DNA of 62,867 bases from Mayamaea pseudoterrestris (Eukaryota). The stretch lies in the NCBI GenBank assembly GCA_027923505.1, contig BROI01000034.1, positions 186,001 through 248,867 on the forward strand. Direction: 5' to 3'. Made by a program: the position numbers and the translations under genes. A model generated the notes under the pieces. It was not told the DNA's origin, searched no databases, and worked only from the letters and a program-made list of their open reading frames with translations. Positions 14,429-26,461 of this stretch are shown here, piece after piece; positions within the stretch are counted from its first letter, which is position 1, and each line of letters opens with the position of its first letter.

Positions 14429-17400
14429 ATGGCGGAAACTCGCGCGCAGAAAGACGCGGCTTTTGCGCATGTTTACGAAGAGAACGTAGGCATTTTCCAA
14501 GATCCTCAGTTCAAGGAGTTATTCGACGAACTCGGAGTAGAATCGCTTACGCAATTGATCGAGATGGAGTACGACGATTTCGCGACGAAGTGGAACGTCA
14601 CGACGACGACAACGACGACGACTGACGATGGCGACAATGTCACGCAGGAAATGAGCGAACATTCGCTAACGAAGATGAAACAACGCACGATCACGAACGC
14701 GATCGAATGGTATTTGGCGCAAGAGTCGCCGGACATCAAGACTTGGTCGCAACTGACCACCGAAACGCTGGCGACGTCCGTCACAGCAGCGAACGAGTCC
14801 AAGCGCGCAACATTGCGGCGTGGGCAGCGGAAGCCGGAGCGGAAACCTCCAGCGAAGGAAAGCGAAACGGAATCCAGAAGGACGAATCCAAGGACTCCAC
14901 GCTAACGAACGAAGCGCGAGTAGCCGACTCGCCCGACAAGGTGCCACCGACGCGTGGGCGTGGCGGAAAGCAGTCACCGACATCCGTACTGGACCTCGGC
15001 GACGACGAAGACGACGAGAAGTATTCAGACCAATTTACGAAGTCTATCAAGTTCTCGGCGAAGGATTGTAAAGAAATGAAGCTGGATTCCTCGTGGAAAC
15101 AGTGGATTTCCGAGTTGAAAGTCATCGCTACATTGCACGACTTCCACGAAGTCTTTGACGACGATTATGACCCGAAAGAAAAGGGACCGAAGGAACAGAA
15201 GGCGTATGCAAAGAAGAATGTGTTTGTATACAGGATCTTCCTCACGCACTGTCGAACTCCGTCTGCATCACTCGCAGTACAGCAGTTCAAGAAGACGATT
15301 GACGGACGCGAAGTCTACCAACGATTGTGAACGCGATACGAAGAAGGCGCTACTGCTCACATCGAGAAGGAACGCGCGCGAACGGAACTGCAGGGAATGC
15401 GGCTGACCGAGAAGTGGTCACGGCCGACGATCGAATTTCTCGCACTGTTCTACAAGAAAGTCATCTGGCTGCTCGAAATGGACGCAGAAGCTCTGACAGG
15501 TTTACAACGATACGACATGCTACGCGATGCTTTCTCCGAGCACACTGGATTCAGCGCATCGCTAGCAGGTTTTGACGGAATGATTGCCATCAAGAAACAC
15601 ATGGGGCAACACGATTCGGAAGACAATTTCGCGCAGTTGTACGCGCACTTAGAAGAGTGCTGCATCAAGTATGACAAGAAACACCCATCGACGACGAAGA
15701 CTAAGCGCACAATCAATCAAGCGCAGTCTAGTGGAACGAAAGGAGGCGGCGGCGGCAATGGCGGCGCGACTCCAAGCGGCTTATCGGCGGAACGATTTGC
15801 AGCGATCATGAAGAAACCTCACGCAAGCGTGAAGGATGAAGTCTGGTTGGAGATGAAGTTCGATCAGTGAAAGCAGTTGAAGGACAAGCGTGCGACGGCG
15901 CCCAAGACACCCGAAAATGGATGGCGACCGCGCAACCAACGAGGCACGGCTACGACGCAAACGCAAGTCAACGCGGCGCATCAAGAGCGTCACGCGACGG
16001 AATCTGTAGCGAACGATCACGCAAGCGTTCCTGGCACGATTAATATTCAGCCAGGCAATAGTGGAATGTCAGTCCAAACGGCTGCACGATCGGTTCTGCA
16101 AGCGAATAATGCGAGTACTACAACTCAGCAAGTGACAGGATCGTTGACGACTGATAACACCGGACGAGGTACATTCAGCTTCAACATGCATCGTCGTATG
16201 CGCGTCAATCGCGCACACTACGAGCGGATCAACGAAGGCGCGCTCATCGACAGCGGCGCGAACGGAGGCTTATGCGGAGGAGACATGCTCGTCGTTTCGG
16301 AAACAAACGCCGAGGTGGATGTGACTGGTATTGACGATCATATTGTCCCAGCTCTCAAGATTGGCACTGCAGCTGGACTGACAAAGACCCTTAGTGGCGA
16401 AACCATTCTGCTTTTGTGTCACCAGTATGCTTTAAAGCGAGACGGACCAACGATTCATTGCCCGAATCAATTGCGCGCAATGGGACATCGTGTCGATGAT
16501 ATTCCGACCATGTTTGGCGGAACGCAACAAATTACGACGAACATTGGAGGCTACGTTTTGCCATTGGCGATTCGCGATGGCCTGGTGTACTTGGACGTGA
16601 CGAAACCCACGTTCGATGATTTGGATAAGTATCCGACTGTCATCATGACGTCGGACGTGCCGTGGGACCCAACTGTTTACGATGTCGAGCACGCGCACGA
16701 CGATTTCGACGAACGCGATCACGATTATGGATCTTTCGACGAACGATTCGACGATGACGGTATCACGCACCGCAATCGTCACACGCCGACACGCACTGGC
16801 GACGAACTTGACGTACTGATCAATCGGTGCGTGCGACACGCTCAGTTTTCACGCGTTAATTTGCGGAAGCTACGAAGCAAGGAACCGGACTATAATGCTC
16901 TTCGGCCATACCTCGGATGGGTCCCGACTGAGCGAGTTCAACAGACTTTACGTCACACGGAAGCATGGTATCATCTCAGCGAACATCCGCGATTACCATT
17001 TCGACACCTCACGAAATCACGATTTCCGGCCGCGAACGTTCAGCGGTTGCGCGAACTATTCGCCACGGACACGATACACTCTGACACGCCAGCTTTGGAT
17101 GATGGAATTCTAGGGCATGGGGGAGCTACTAAGATGCAGCTCTTTGTTGGACGAGAAAGTTTTTACACGCGCGGCTACCCGATGAAGTCGGAGAGCGAAA
17201 TGTCAAACGCGTTAGAGGATTTTATCCGCGAAGTGGGTGCTCCTAACGGACTGCTCAGCGACAATGCCAAGTCGGAGACTGGCAAGGCTGTGAGGGATCT
17301 CTGTCGGATGTACAATATTCCTCAAGTGACCACAGAACCGGGTCATCCAGAACAAAATCCATGCGAACGTCACACGTCGCACATTAAGCCAATGATGGAG

Positions 17401-20205
17401 AACCTCCAGCGAGATTCGGGTTCGCCAGGCCATTGCTGGGTTTTGCTGATTAAATTCGTAATCATGATTCTGAACGTCCTCGCAACGAAATCGCTGGGAT
17501 GGCGCACTCCAACGGAAGTTGCGTTCGGAAATTTGCCGGATATTTCGCCTTTGTTACATTTCAAGTGGTGGGAACCGGTCACGTTTGAGGCGCAGGGGAG
17601 TTTTCCCTCGGCGGTACGATCTGGCAACGGCCGATTCGTGGGCATAGCAGAGAATAGCGGTCCGCACATGACTTTTCTCGTTCTAACGGACGACACGCTT
17701 CAGGCGATTCCGCGCTCCAACGTGGTCTCGCGCAGCTACTTGTTACCACGAGAGTTGCCTTCCTTCCCTGAGTCTGGAGGGGAGATTTCTGAAGAAGCTA
17801 CACGCGCAAGCGAGCGAAATTTTGAAACTCCAGATCTTGCGACAGGACGCTACCATAGCACGAATGCGACAGAAAGTAGTCACGACAACTACGAAGGAAA
17901 CGACGACGAAACGATTCCGATGGCGAACCACGCCAACGTACCAGCAAAGTTCTTCAGAAGGGCTGAGCAAGAATCAGGGAATAAATGCCCTCTGTTCTCT
18001 CCAAGCGAACTCATCGGACGCACGTTCGTAAGGGAACACGAAAACGGTCAGAAAATGCGAGCGACTGTATGCGAATATATCGAAGTACGCGATAACGAGC
18101 TACTCGAAACGACGAAAGGTTTCTTGATCCAGATGGGAGAGGAGCCAGCGAAAGACTTAATAAGTTACAACGAACTGTCGGATTTAATCGAACGACAGAT
18201 GGACGAAGATATACGAAACGATCCGGCGACTCAGTGGGTATTCACGAAGGTAATCGGACACGAGCTTAATTTGAAACCGAACGATCCGACATACAAAGGA
18301 AGTTCAAGTAACGTTCTCGTCGAATGGACTGACGGAACGACGACGTGGGAGCCTCTCGCGATCATGAAGAAGGACGATCCGATAACGATCGCAGAGTATG
18401 GACTCAAGCACGGCTTACTCGACAAGCCAGGATGGAAGCAGCTGGAACATTACACTCGGAAGCGAAAGAAGTTTCAACAGATGGTGACAGCAGCGAAATG
18501 AAAATCGAAAGCAAACGGCGTACGCTACAAATTCGGCGTAAGGTTGCCGCGCAATTATAAAGATGCGAAAGCTCTCGACGAGATCAACGGCAACACGCTG
18601 TGGACGGATGCGATTCGAACGGAATTAAATCAGATAAATGATTACGACACGTTCGCAGATCAAGGAGTCGGTAAGGTTATGCCGGCGCCATGGAAACGAA
18701 TAAACGTGCACATGATATTCGATGTCAAGCACGATTTGCGACGGAAAGCACGACTCGTCGCAGGAGGACATATGACAGAGCCGCCGAAGGATTCAGTTTA
18801 CTCGGGCGTTGTGTCATTGCGAAGTCTACGAATGGTAGCGATGTTAGCGGAACTCAACGGTCTGGAACTGTGGGCAGCTGACGTCGGCAACGCATACTTG
18901 GAAGCGAAAACGAAAGAGAAGGTTTATATCGTGGCAGGTCCGGAGTTCGGGGAGCTCGAGGGTCACACGCTCATGATCGTGAAGGCATTATACGGTCTTC
19001 GCACGTCAGGCGCACGCTGGCACGAACACTTTGCAGACACGCTCCGCGACATTGGCTTCACGCCGTGTATCGCAGAACCGGACGTGTGGATGCGCGATAA
19101 AGGCACGCACTACGAATACGTTTGTGTGTATGTCGACGATTTAGCGATAGCGATGAAGAATCCGAAGGAACTAACGGATCTTTTAATTGAGAACTACAAC
19201 TACAAGTTGAAGGGTGTCGGTCCATTGGCATATCATTTGGGCGCAGACGTTTGGCGAGACGACGACGGCGTACTCTGCTTCGGAGCGAAGAAGTACGTCA
19301 CAAGACTATTAGCGAATTACAAAGAAATGTTCGGCGAGGAACCGCGACCGCAGACAAGTCCACTACGCGACGGCGATCATCCGGAACTCGACGAAACGAA
19401 AGAACTTGACGACGACGGAATTGCGAAGTATCAATCGATCATTGGTGCGTTGCAATGGGCAGTAAGTTTATGTCGATTCGACATTCACTGCGCTGTCATG
19501 ACTATGGGGAGATTCCGAGCTGCGCCACGAGCGGGGCACTTGGAACGGTTGAAGCATATTTGCGGATACTTACGACGATACCCGGATGGAGCGATTCGAT
19601 TCAACGTTTCGATTCCAACGGACGAGCGATACGCGACAGTTGACAAGATGGATTGGGATTACAGTGTGTACGGCAAGATCTGCGAAGAGCTTCCGTGGAA
19701 CATGCCCACGCCGCGTGGCAAGGCGGTGCGAATGTCAACGTTTGAAGATGCAAACCTGTACCACGATTACACGACGGGACGGGCAGCGATGGGCATGCTA
19801 CACATGTTGAATGGGACAGTCGTCGATTGGTTTTCGAAACGCCAAGCGACGGTCGAGACGGCGACGTACGGCTCGGAGTTTGTAGCAGCAAGAGTGAGCA
19901 CGGAGCAGATCATGGATCTCCGCTTCACGCTACGCATGTTGGGAGTTCCGCTCGACGGACCTTCATGGATGTTTGGAGACAACAAGTCGGTAACGCAAAG
20001 CAGCAACTTACCGCACTCTAGTCTGACGAAGCGACACAATGCACTGGCATTTCACCGTGTACGCGAGGCGATTGCGGCGGGAATTATTAATTTCAACCAC
20101 ATCATGGGAACGACAAACCCAGCGGATGTACTTACCAAATTTCTTCCGCGGGCTACGGCAAGCAAGCACTTAAAGAACCTGCTCTTCAAGGAATCGAACT
20201 ATTAG
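14429..20205 (+). pseudogene. Copia-1 gag-pol (one frameshift near 14780-14900, in-frame TGA at 15328, 15868, 18499)
   Basis: PR LIDSGANGG; IN ATDT...SDNAKSE...QNPCE; chromo-like VLVEWTDGTTTWEPL; RT KARLVAGG, ADVGNAYL, KALYGL, YVDD; RH FEDA, GSEF, GDN, NPADVLTK. The ORFs starting at 14707, 15397, 15877 and 18544 share one frame. Confidence 0.93.
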
Positions 20206-20222
20206 GTATGACTTGAGGGGAG

Positions 20223-20535
20223 TTGCAGGATGCGAACGAAAACAGCGAAAATCGGGCAAGTCACACCGAATGTCCGATAGGGTGACACAGCGGCACTCGC
20301 GGCTCACCACAGCCTCACGATCGCGTGATGCGTGGCAGCGACGGCTTCAAAGCGATTCAACGAGCATATTGCTGAAACTAGTGCAATATAGAGTAGAAAC
20401 AAGCAGACTTACTAAGCTTGAAGAGTTAAGAAAGCGATTTATTTGTCTCTCGTATTGTAGCAACTGCAAGCTTGGATTGGCCATCCAAGGACAGCTACAA
20501 GCGAAAGGTGCAACAATTTGATTTACAAGTTACAA
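20223..20535 (+). repeat. Copia-1 3' LTR
   Basis: Follows PPT GAGGGGAG and matches the 5' LTR. Confidence 0.93.
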
Positions 20536-22781
20536 AGTGGCTGTCGTCGGGGCGATCGAGACAGCGTCATTCTGATAGAAGATTGTACCAGGCACCGAGG
20601 CAGCTGCTTGTGACTGCTGGGTATTCGCGCGGTTTCCGTTGTTCGCGCGTCTTGTTGTTGCAGGTCTTGGGACGGCTTCACGTCGAGCCATGAGCTGAGC
20701 GTATTCGTCCTCGTTAAGTCGGCCGAGTCGTTCGTACATCATGTACGACCAGGGGGCCTGCAACAACTGTTCAAAGTTCAGATAATCACCAGGGAATTGT
20801 TCCCAATGCGCTTGCGTACCCGCTGCTGGTAGTGGCGCGGAAGAGCCTCATCCTCCGGAACCGCGGCCCGCTTGGGTGCCACGTCCACCGTCTCGTCCAG
20901 CACCGCGTCCGCCTTGGCCGCCGCATCCGCCTTGGCCGCCGCGTCCTCTGCCATGGCCGGAACCGCGTCCATTACCACGTGGCTGTTGGCGTTCTTCTTG
21001 CCCTTGTTCAACTTGGCGTTCTTGTTGTCGACGCGCAGAGCCTGCTGCAACAACATATCGAAAAGATAGTCATAATCTTCCGTTACGACGGTGTCTGGGT
21101 CACCGTTTGCACTAATGATGCATCGTCGTTCAAATGTCAAGTGCTGGTCGAATTTTGTGCACGTGGGGCCGAATTCTTTGTCACCTTCCACTGCAGCTCG
21201 GAGCCAGTAGTACTTCTTCTTGTCATCCGTCACTCCAGGACGGAACTCTTCAAGATTCTTCATGAGCTGTTCAATGTAGTTGAGGAACTTGTAGTGCCCC
21301 TTTGTCCAGGTCGAATCTAGGCAAATCGTCGCAAGCTTGGCTTGTAGTTCGTTCGCTTGGATGGTAGCTAACTCGCCGGAACCAAACTTGGTCGCGAGAT
21401 CGCGGTAGACGCTCTGAGCGTCAGACTTGTCAGTGTACTTCATTAGGAGCGATTGGTATCCAGGTACTTTGAGACAGTTGCGAAACGCAGTGTACATGAA
21501 GATTTGCTGCTCCTTAAACTCTTCCTTCTCTTCTTCCGTGACTGGTGCGTACTTGCTGTCGAGCACGTTAGAACAGCCATGGAGCTTGGCGATTGCCTTG
21601 GTAGACGCGCTCCAACTCAACCACCCGTGGGGATGTTGGAACATTTTGTAGTCCTTGTAATCTCGCTTCGTCTTGATGTTCGAGAATCGTCCCTTGGCAT
21701 CTGCTTCCTTTTCGGCCTTCTCAGCCTTCATATTCTCATTTTCGAGTTGCTTGGCAAGTAACTCGCTTGCGTCCTCTTGGACTCGAGGATGTAATAACCT
21801 TCATCACGCTTTCGACCGGTTTTTTGTTCGGTGAGTCTTTCTTGGAATCGCTCAAGCTTGCCTAAATCAAGCGTATACCACGCTTTGGTGTTCGGGGCTC
21901 CATCTTGCATGTTAAACCATTCGCATGCATCGAGGATAAGGTTCACGTAGACTGGTGCTAGTTTCATTTCATATCGTACTGGGGCGGCGGCTGCTTGTTC
22001 TTCGGCCGGTTTGTCGGCCGGTTCTCGTCTGGGTGCGCGCCGGTCAGGTTGGCCACGCTCAGGGGGTGGGGATGGCAGTTCTTTCGACCCAGTAGGGGGC
22101 TTCAAGTTGCTCCTTGGTCAATCTCAACATCTGGGTAGTGGTGGTTACATTCCAAAACAAGAACGCTTCCTGGATGTCTCGCCAAAAAACGTTCACGCAG
22201 AGCGCTTGCAGAGCTTCCGCAGTAACCAAAACCATGATAGTGAATACCTCGCTTTCCGCAAGTCCTTACTCAAACAACAACCGCTCTCAATGCAGTCGAG
22301 CCTTATACGATCCTTTTCTACGCGCTCGTGCCAAGTATTCGGATTGACGACGTCGCAAGGAATCTGCTCTTTCTCTCTCAATTTCTCGATTCTTTCACTC
22401 TCTCTCTTTCGCACAGCTCTCTCAGGTCAAGACAAGCTAGCAAGACTGTTAATCTGACACGATATCATCAGACGAACCTTTATTCCAGCAACTACAATGG
22501 ACTAGGAGCAATCAACCTCTTCGTCCAGCGTAAAGCAAACAAACAAACTAAATTGCTAGAATAGTGCATGTTACTTGCTACTCTACTCGTGCGCTTCTTT
22601 CGTTCTCACTGGGTTCACGGTCGAGGTTCACGCCTCGATTGTCAGCGATTTCACTCATGTATGTGAGGATTCGGTCACAAGTGTGACTCAACCCTGCACA
22701 GGATTAAATGCATACAAAACACAGGTAGCTAACCGTCTTGTCATGAGACGCAGGTCAACTCAACTCAATAATATTGTGTCA
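20536..22781 (-). mobile_element. Truncated Ty1/copia 'Copia-2' (5' LTR, PBS, frameshifted gag; pol lost at the Copia-1 junction)
   Basis: LTR 22455-22781 has termini TGACACAATAT...ATATCGTGTCA. PBS GATTAACAGTCTTGC lies at 22454-22440. Gag pieces resemble Copia-1 gag: WLSWSASTKAIAKLHGCSNVLD vs WKQWISELKVIATLHDFHEVFD, and both carry ASVPGTI. The outer end abuts the 169-bp satellite. Confidence 0.88.
22440..22454 (-). promoter_or_regulatory. Copia-2 primer-binding site, complementary to a tRNA-Asn(GUU) anticodon arm
   Basis: The plus strand reads G-CAAGA-CT-GTT-AA-TC, the layout of tRNA positions 26-40, and directly abuts the LTR end. Confidence 0.75.
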
Positions 22782-23897
22782 CTACAAGATGGTAGGCTTG
22801 GCTGGTGTCTCAGGGGATGGCAATGTATCTGGTGACAACTTGTCACCAGTCTCAGCCCGCAGATGCCGTGACATTCAAACGCACCTACAGCAAGATCTCT
22901 AGGTGACCAAAATACACCAGAATGGTGCCAACATCATTATTCTGCCTGCGGTACAAGATGGTAGGCTTGGCTGGTATCTCAGGGGATGGCAATGTATTTG
23001 GTGACAACTTGTCACCAGTCTTAGCCTGCAGATGCCGTGACATTCAAATGCCCCTACAGCAAGCCCTGTAGGGGCCCGAAATACTCCAGAATGGTGCCAA
23101 CATCCTTATTCAGGCTGCGCTACAGTATGGTAATCTTGGATGGTGTCTCAGGGGATGGCAATGTATTTGGTGACACTTTGTCACCAGTCTCAGCCCACAG
23201 ATGCTGTGACATTCAAACAACCCTACAGCAGGCCTGGTAGATGCCCAAATTACACCAAAACAGTGCCAACATCATTAGTTAGGCTGCGCTACAAGATGGT
23301 AATCTTGGCTGGTGTCTCAGGGGATGGCAATGTATTTGGTGACAACTTGTCACCAGTCTCAGCCCACAGATGCTGTGACATTCAAACACCCCTACAGCAA
23401 GCCCTGTAGGTGCCCAAAATACACCAAATTGGTGTCAACATCATTGATCAGGCTGCGCTACAAGATGGTAGGCTTGGCTGGTGTCTCAGGGGATGGCAAT
23501 GTATTTGGTGACAACTTGTCACCAGTCTTAGCCCGCAGATGCCGTGACATTCAAACGCCCCTACAGCAAGTCCTGTAGGTGCCCAAAATACACCAAAATG
23601 GTGCCACCATAATTATTCAGGCTGCGCTACAAGATGGTAGTCTTGGCTGGTGTCTCAGGGGATGGCAATGTATTTGTTGACAACTTGTCACCAGTCTCAG
23701 CCCGCAGATGCCGTGACATTCAAACACCCCACCAAATTGGTGTCAACATCATTCGCCCCTACAGCAAGCCCTGTAGGTGCCCAAAATACTCCAGAATGTT
23801 GCCAACATCATAATTCAGGCCGCGTTACAAATTGGTAGTCTTGGCTAGTGTCTCAGGGGATGGCAATGTATTTGGTGACAACTTGTCACCAGTCTCA
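22782..23897 (-). repeat. 169-bp satellite (subfamily A-like), inverted relative to 1-13942
   Basis: Reverse complement of the monomer (CTACAAGATGGTAGGCTTGGCTGGTGTCTCAGGGGATGGC...), about 6.5 copies. Confidence 0.96.
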
Positions 23898-24293
23898 TAA
23901 TTTAGGGTGTTGGCCACCCCCATCCTGCAGACCATTCCATGGTGTAGGCCTCCAGGCAGTCCATTTTGCACCATGGCAAACCATCCTCATGTCAATGGCA
24001 CACCCTGGACATGTTTTGCTTGACTCATGGGTTTGTTGGGTGATCAGGGCAGGGGCATTGTAGTGGTATGATTCCATAATTTGGGGTGTTGGCCACACCC
24101 ATCTTGCAGACCATTCTGTAGTGTAGGCCTCCCGGCAGTCCGTTTTGCACCATTTCAGACCATCCTCATGTCAATGGCACACCCTGGACATGTTTTGCCG
24201 GACTCATTGGGTTGTTGGGTGGCCAGGGCATGGGGCATTGTAGTGGTATGATTCCATAATTTGGGGTGTTGGCCACACCCATCTTGCAGACCA
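23896..24293 (+). repeat. 180-bp satellite, left part (interrupted by Copia-3)
   Basis: ATTCCATAATTTGGGGTGTTGGCC recurs at 24071 and 24251 (period 180). Confidence 0.93.
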
Positions 24294-24805
24294 TGCTGAA
24301 GCCTCGTTTGTGGCGGCCTTCACTTCAGGTTTGAGAAGCCTAGCTGACGAACAACCTGACATCATCACAACCCTAACACATGACGTGAAAGGAGATTGAC
24401 CCGAAAGATACTATGACCCTGATTCAGACCCGGAGGAGACCCCGGATGTTAGAGGTCGCATTTTACCAGAAATAAGGAGAACAAACTTACGGCCTGATTC
24501 GATAAGGAGAATGCCCGGAAGAACGGAGATTCGAACCGTAGCCGAGTACCAGGCATCTACAGCGAGGGAACAACCAGGAACCTCCATCTGCCGAGATGCA
24601 GCTATGAAAGGCCTGATGTACACGAGCTCTCCCGAACATTCGGTTCCGACAATCAGACGGAACTAATTACGCACGACTAGATTTTAACATTCGAGCAAAC
24701 AAGCTCACTCTCCGAAATAACAAAGCTGTTACACCGTAGCATCTTTAGAGGGTCGCAAAGCATTTTAGTCAACACGGATCCGTCAACGAGATCTGAGTCC
24801 AAGCA
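24294..24805 (+). repeat. Copia-3 5' LTR
   Basis: Direct repeat of 34402-34913. Confidence 0.96.
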
Positions 24806-26384
24806 AAGTCGCGACTTGCCGTTGGACCAGAGCAAGTAAGTACCGATCGTCGAACGAACGAATTGAACGAATCGCCGAGTGAGTGTCCGGACGCGGAATC
24901 AACCACCTGTGATTAAAGAGAACGAAAGATCAGAACGGAAAAGAGAGGCAAGAAAACGAGCCCTTTTCATCTTAAACAGGCAATCAAACGAACGAGCAAA
25001 CGAACGTACACGAACGAGTAAGTGAATCGCCGCGCGAGTAACGAACGAGAATCCAAAACGAGAACGAGAACGAATTTCATTGCAAGTGTTGAAAGAGAGC
25101 GAATAGCGTTGTGAGACAACCCTTTTGCTTATATTTGACACAGATACACCAACCGACAAAAGTACCGTCATCCTTGCCTGCCGCATATCTGCCGCCGCAA
25201 GAGCATCAACGAAGCGACCGTCAACGCCGTCGCCCAACGAATCCATCATTACCATCACCGAAAGATCCAACGAAGCCATTCCGGCTGCTTACACGTCAGC
25301 AGCTATCGATCAACCTTCTCGATCAACAGAAGGAGCCAATCAAGTGAGAATCGCAAACGTCCATCAAGAACAAGTGACGAGCGATCCATCCTACTTTCTA
25401 CCCGACACGCCATTCGTCACTCGACAGAATCGAGTCCAGTCACACACTTGCCCTTGTCTTGTCTGCGAAAGCAACAGACGAGTTCCAAGACCTCCAGTGG
25501 CACGCCCCGACCCAGTCGCATCTGCTCCGATAGACGACTCAAGAGAAGTTCAACAAGAGTTAGACGAGCTTTTCCACCAAGTTTCACCGACACGAACAGT
25601 TGTTTCGCATTCCTTACCAAGCGATTCAAACTCCTGGACTGACGAGCATCTTCAGCAAGTCCTTGACGGCTTAGACGACAACTGGCAGCCTTGCGCCACT
25701 GATCGTCGACGCATACTCGATCCGTTCTACCGATCCGAGTACATCGAACCAACACCAACAACGAGACGCATTGACGACGAAGATTTGCAGCGAAACGATC
25801 GCTTCCGTCAACAGCAGCAGCATCAGTATCGCCGAGCACAAGAGCAACGCCGTCAAGCTCATCAACGAATCGACCAAGCTCGAAGAATCCAACGAACGCA
25901 ACAAGTTGAGCAAGTACATCGTCGAGCAACGCAACAAGTCCACGCTCCACGAAGAACTTACGCTCAAGTAGCAAGAAACAACAACCGACGCCAACAAATC
26001 AACGAAGCACGACCACAAGTTCCATATCAACATCGCCTGGAACGCTTGCAAAGAGAAGTACGCAGTCTTCAATTGCAAGTCAATCGTCAACAGCAACAAC
26101 AGCACCAACAAACGTACCGACGAGCTCAACAAGTGAGCGAGCAACGAAACAATCAAAACCGTCAAAACCCGCGTCAACGACACGTTCGTCCACGCTCAAC
26201 GAGGTTCGCTACAGTCAACAGATCGTTAGCTAACCAACATCACGAGACACGTCATCAACGTCTGACCGCCAACCGTCAAGTTAGCTATCAGAACCGAGAT
26301 TACCGCCAACAGAACAACGAAAGTCGACAAGTCCCTCCACGCCGACACTCATCTACAGGAACAACAGTCGGATACTTCCTTTAG
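24774..26384 (+). CDS. Copia-3 putative ORF0: Met-free Gln/Arg-rich protein. Predicted exons 24774-24835, 24980-25017, 25144-26384 (446 aa if started at ACG 24774)
   Basis: Stop-free frame 25125-26384 with no Met. Two GTAAGT...CCCTTTT..ACAG intron candidates keep the frame open back to 24681. Start site and splicing are inferred. Confidence 0.55.
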
Positions 26385-26461
26385 ACAAAGAACAAACAAC
26401 ATCTATCAAGACATAACAACGCCGACACTTATCTACCCGAAGAATACAAAACAAATTCAAC

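Larger units (their letters stand above)
13967..20535 (+). mobile_element. Ty1/copia LTR retrotransposon 'Copia-1' (CoDi-like, chromo-like domain), both LTRs, no TSD
   Basis: 313-bp LTRs at 13967-14279 and 20223-20535 (3 differences). PBS follows the 5' LTR and PPT GAGGGGAG lies at 20215-20222. Domain order is gag-PR-IN-RT-RH. Confidence 0.96.
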
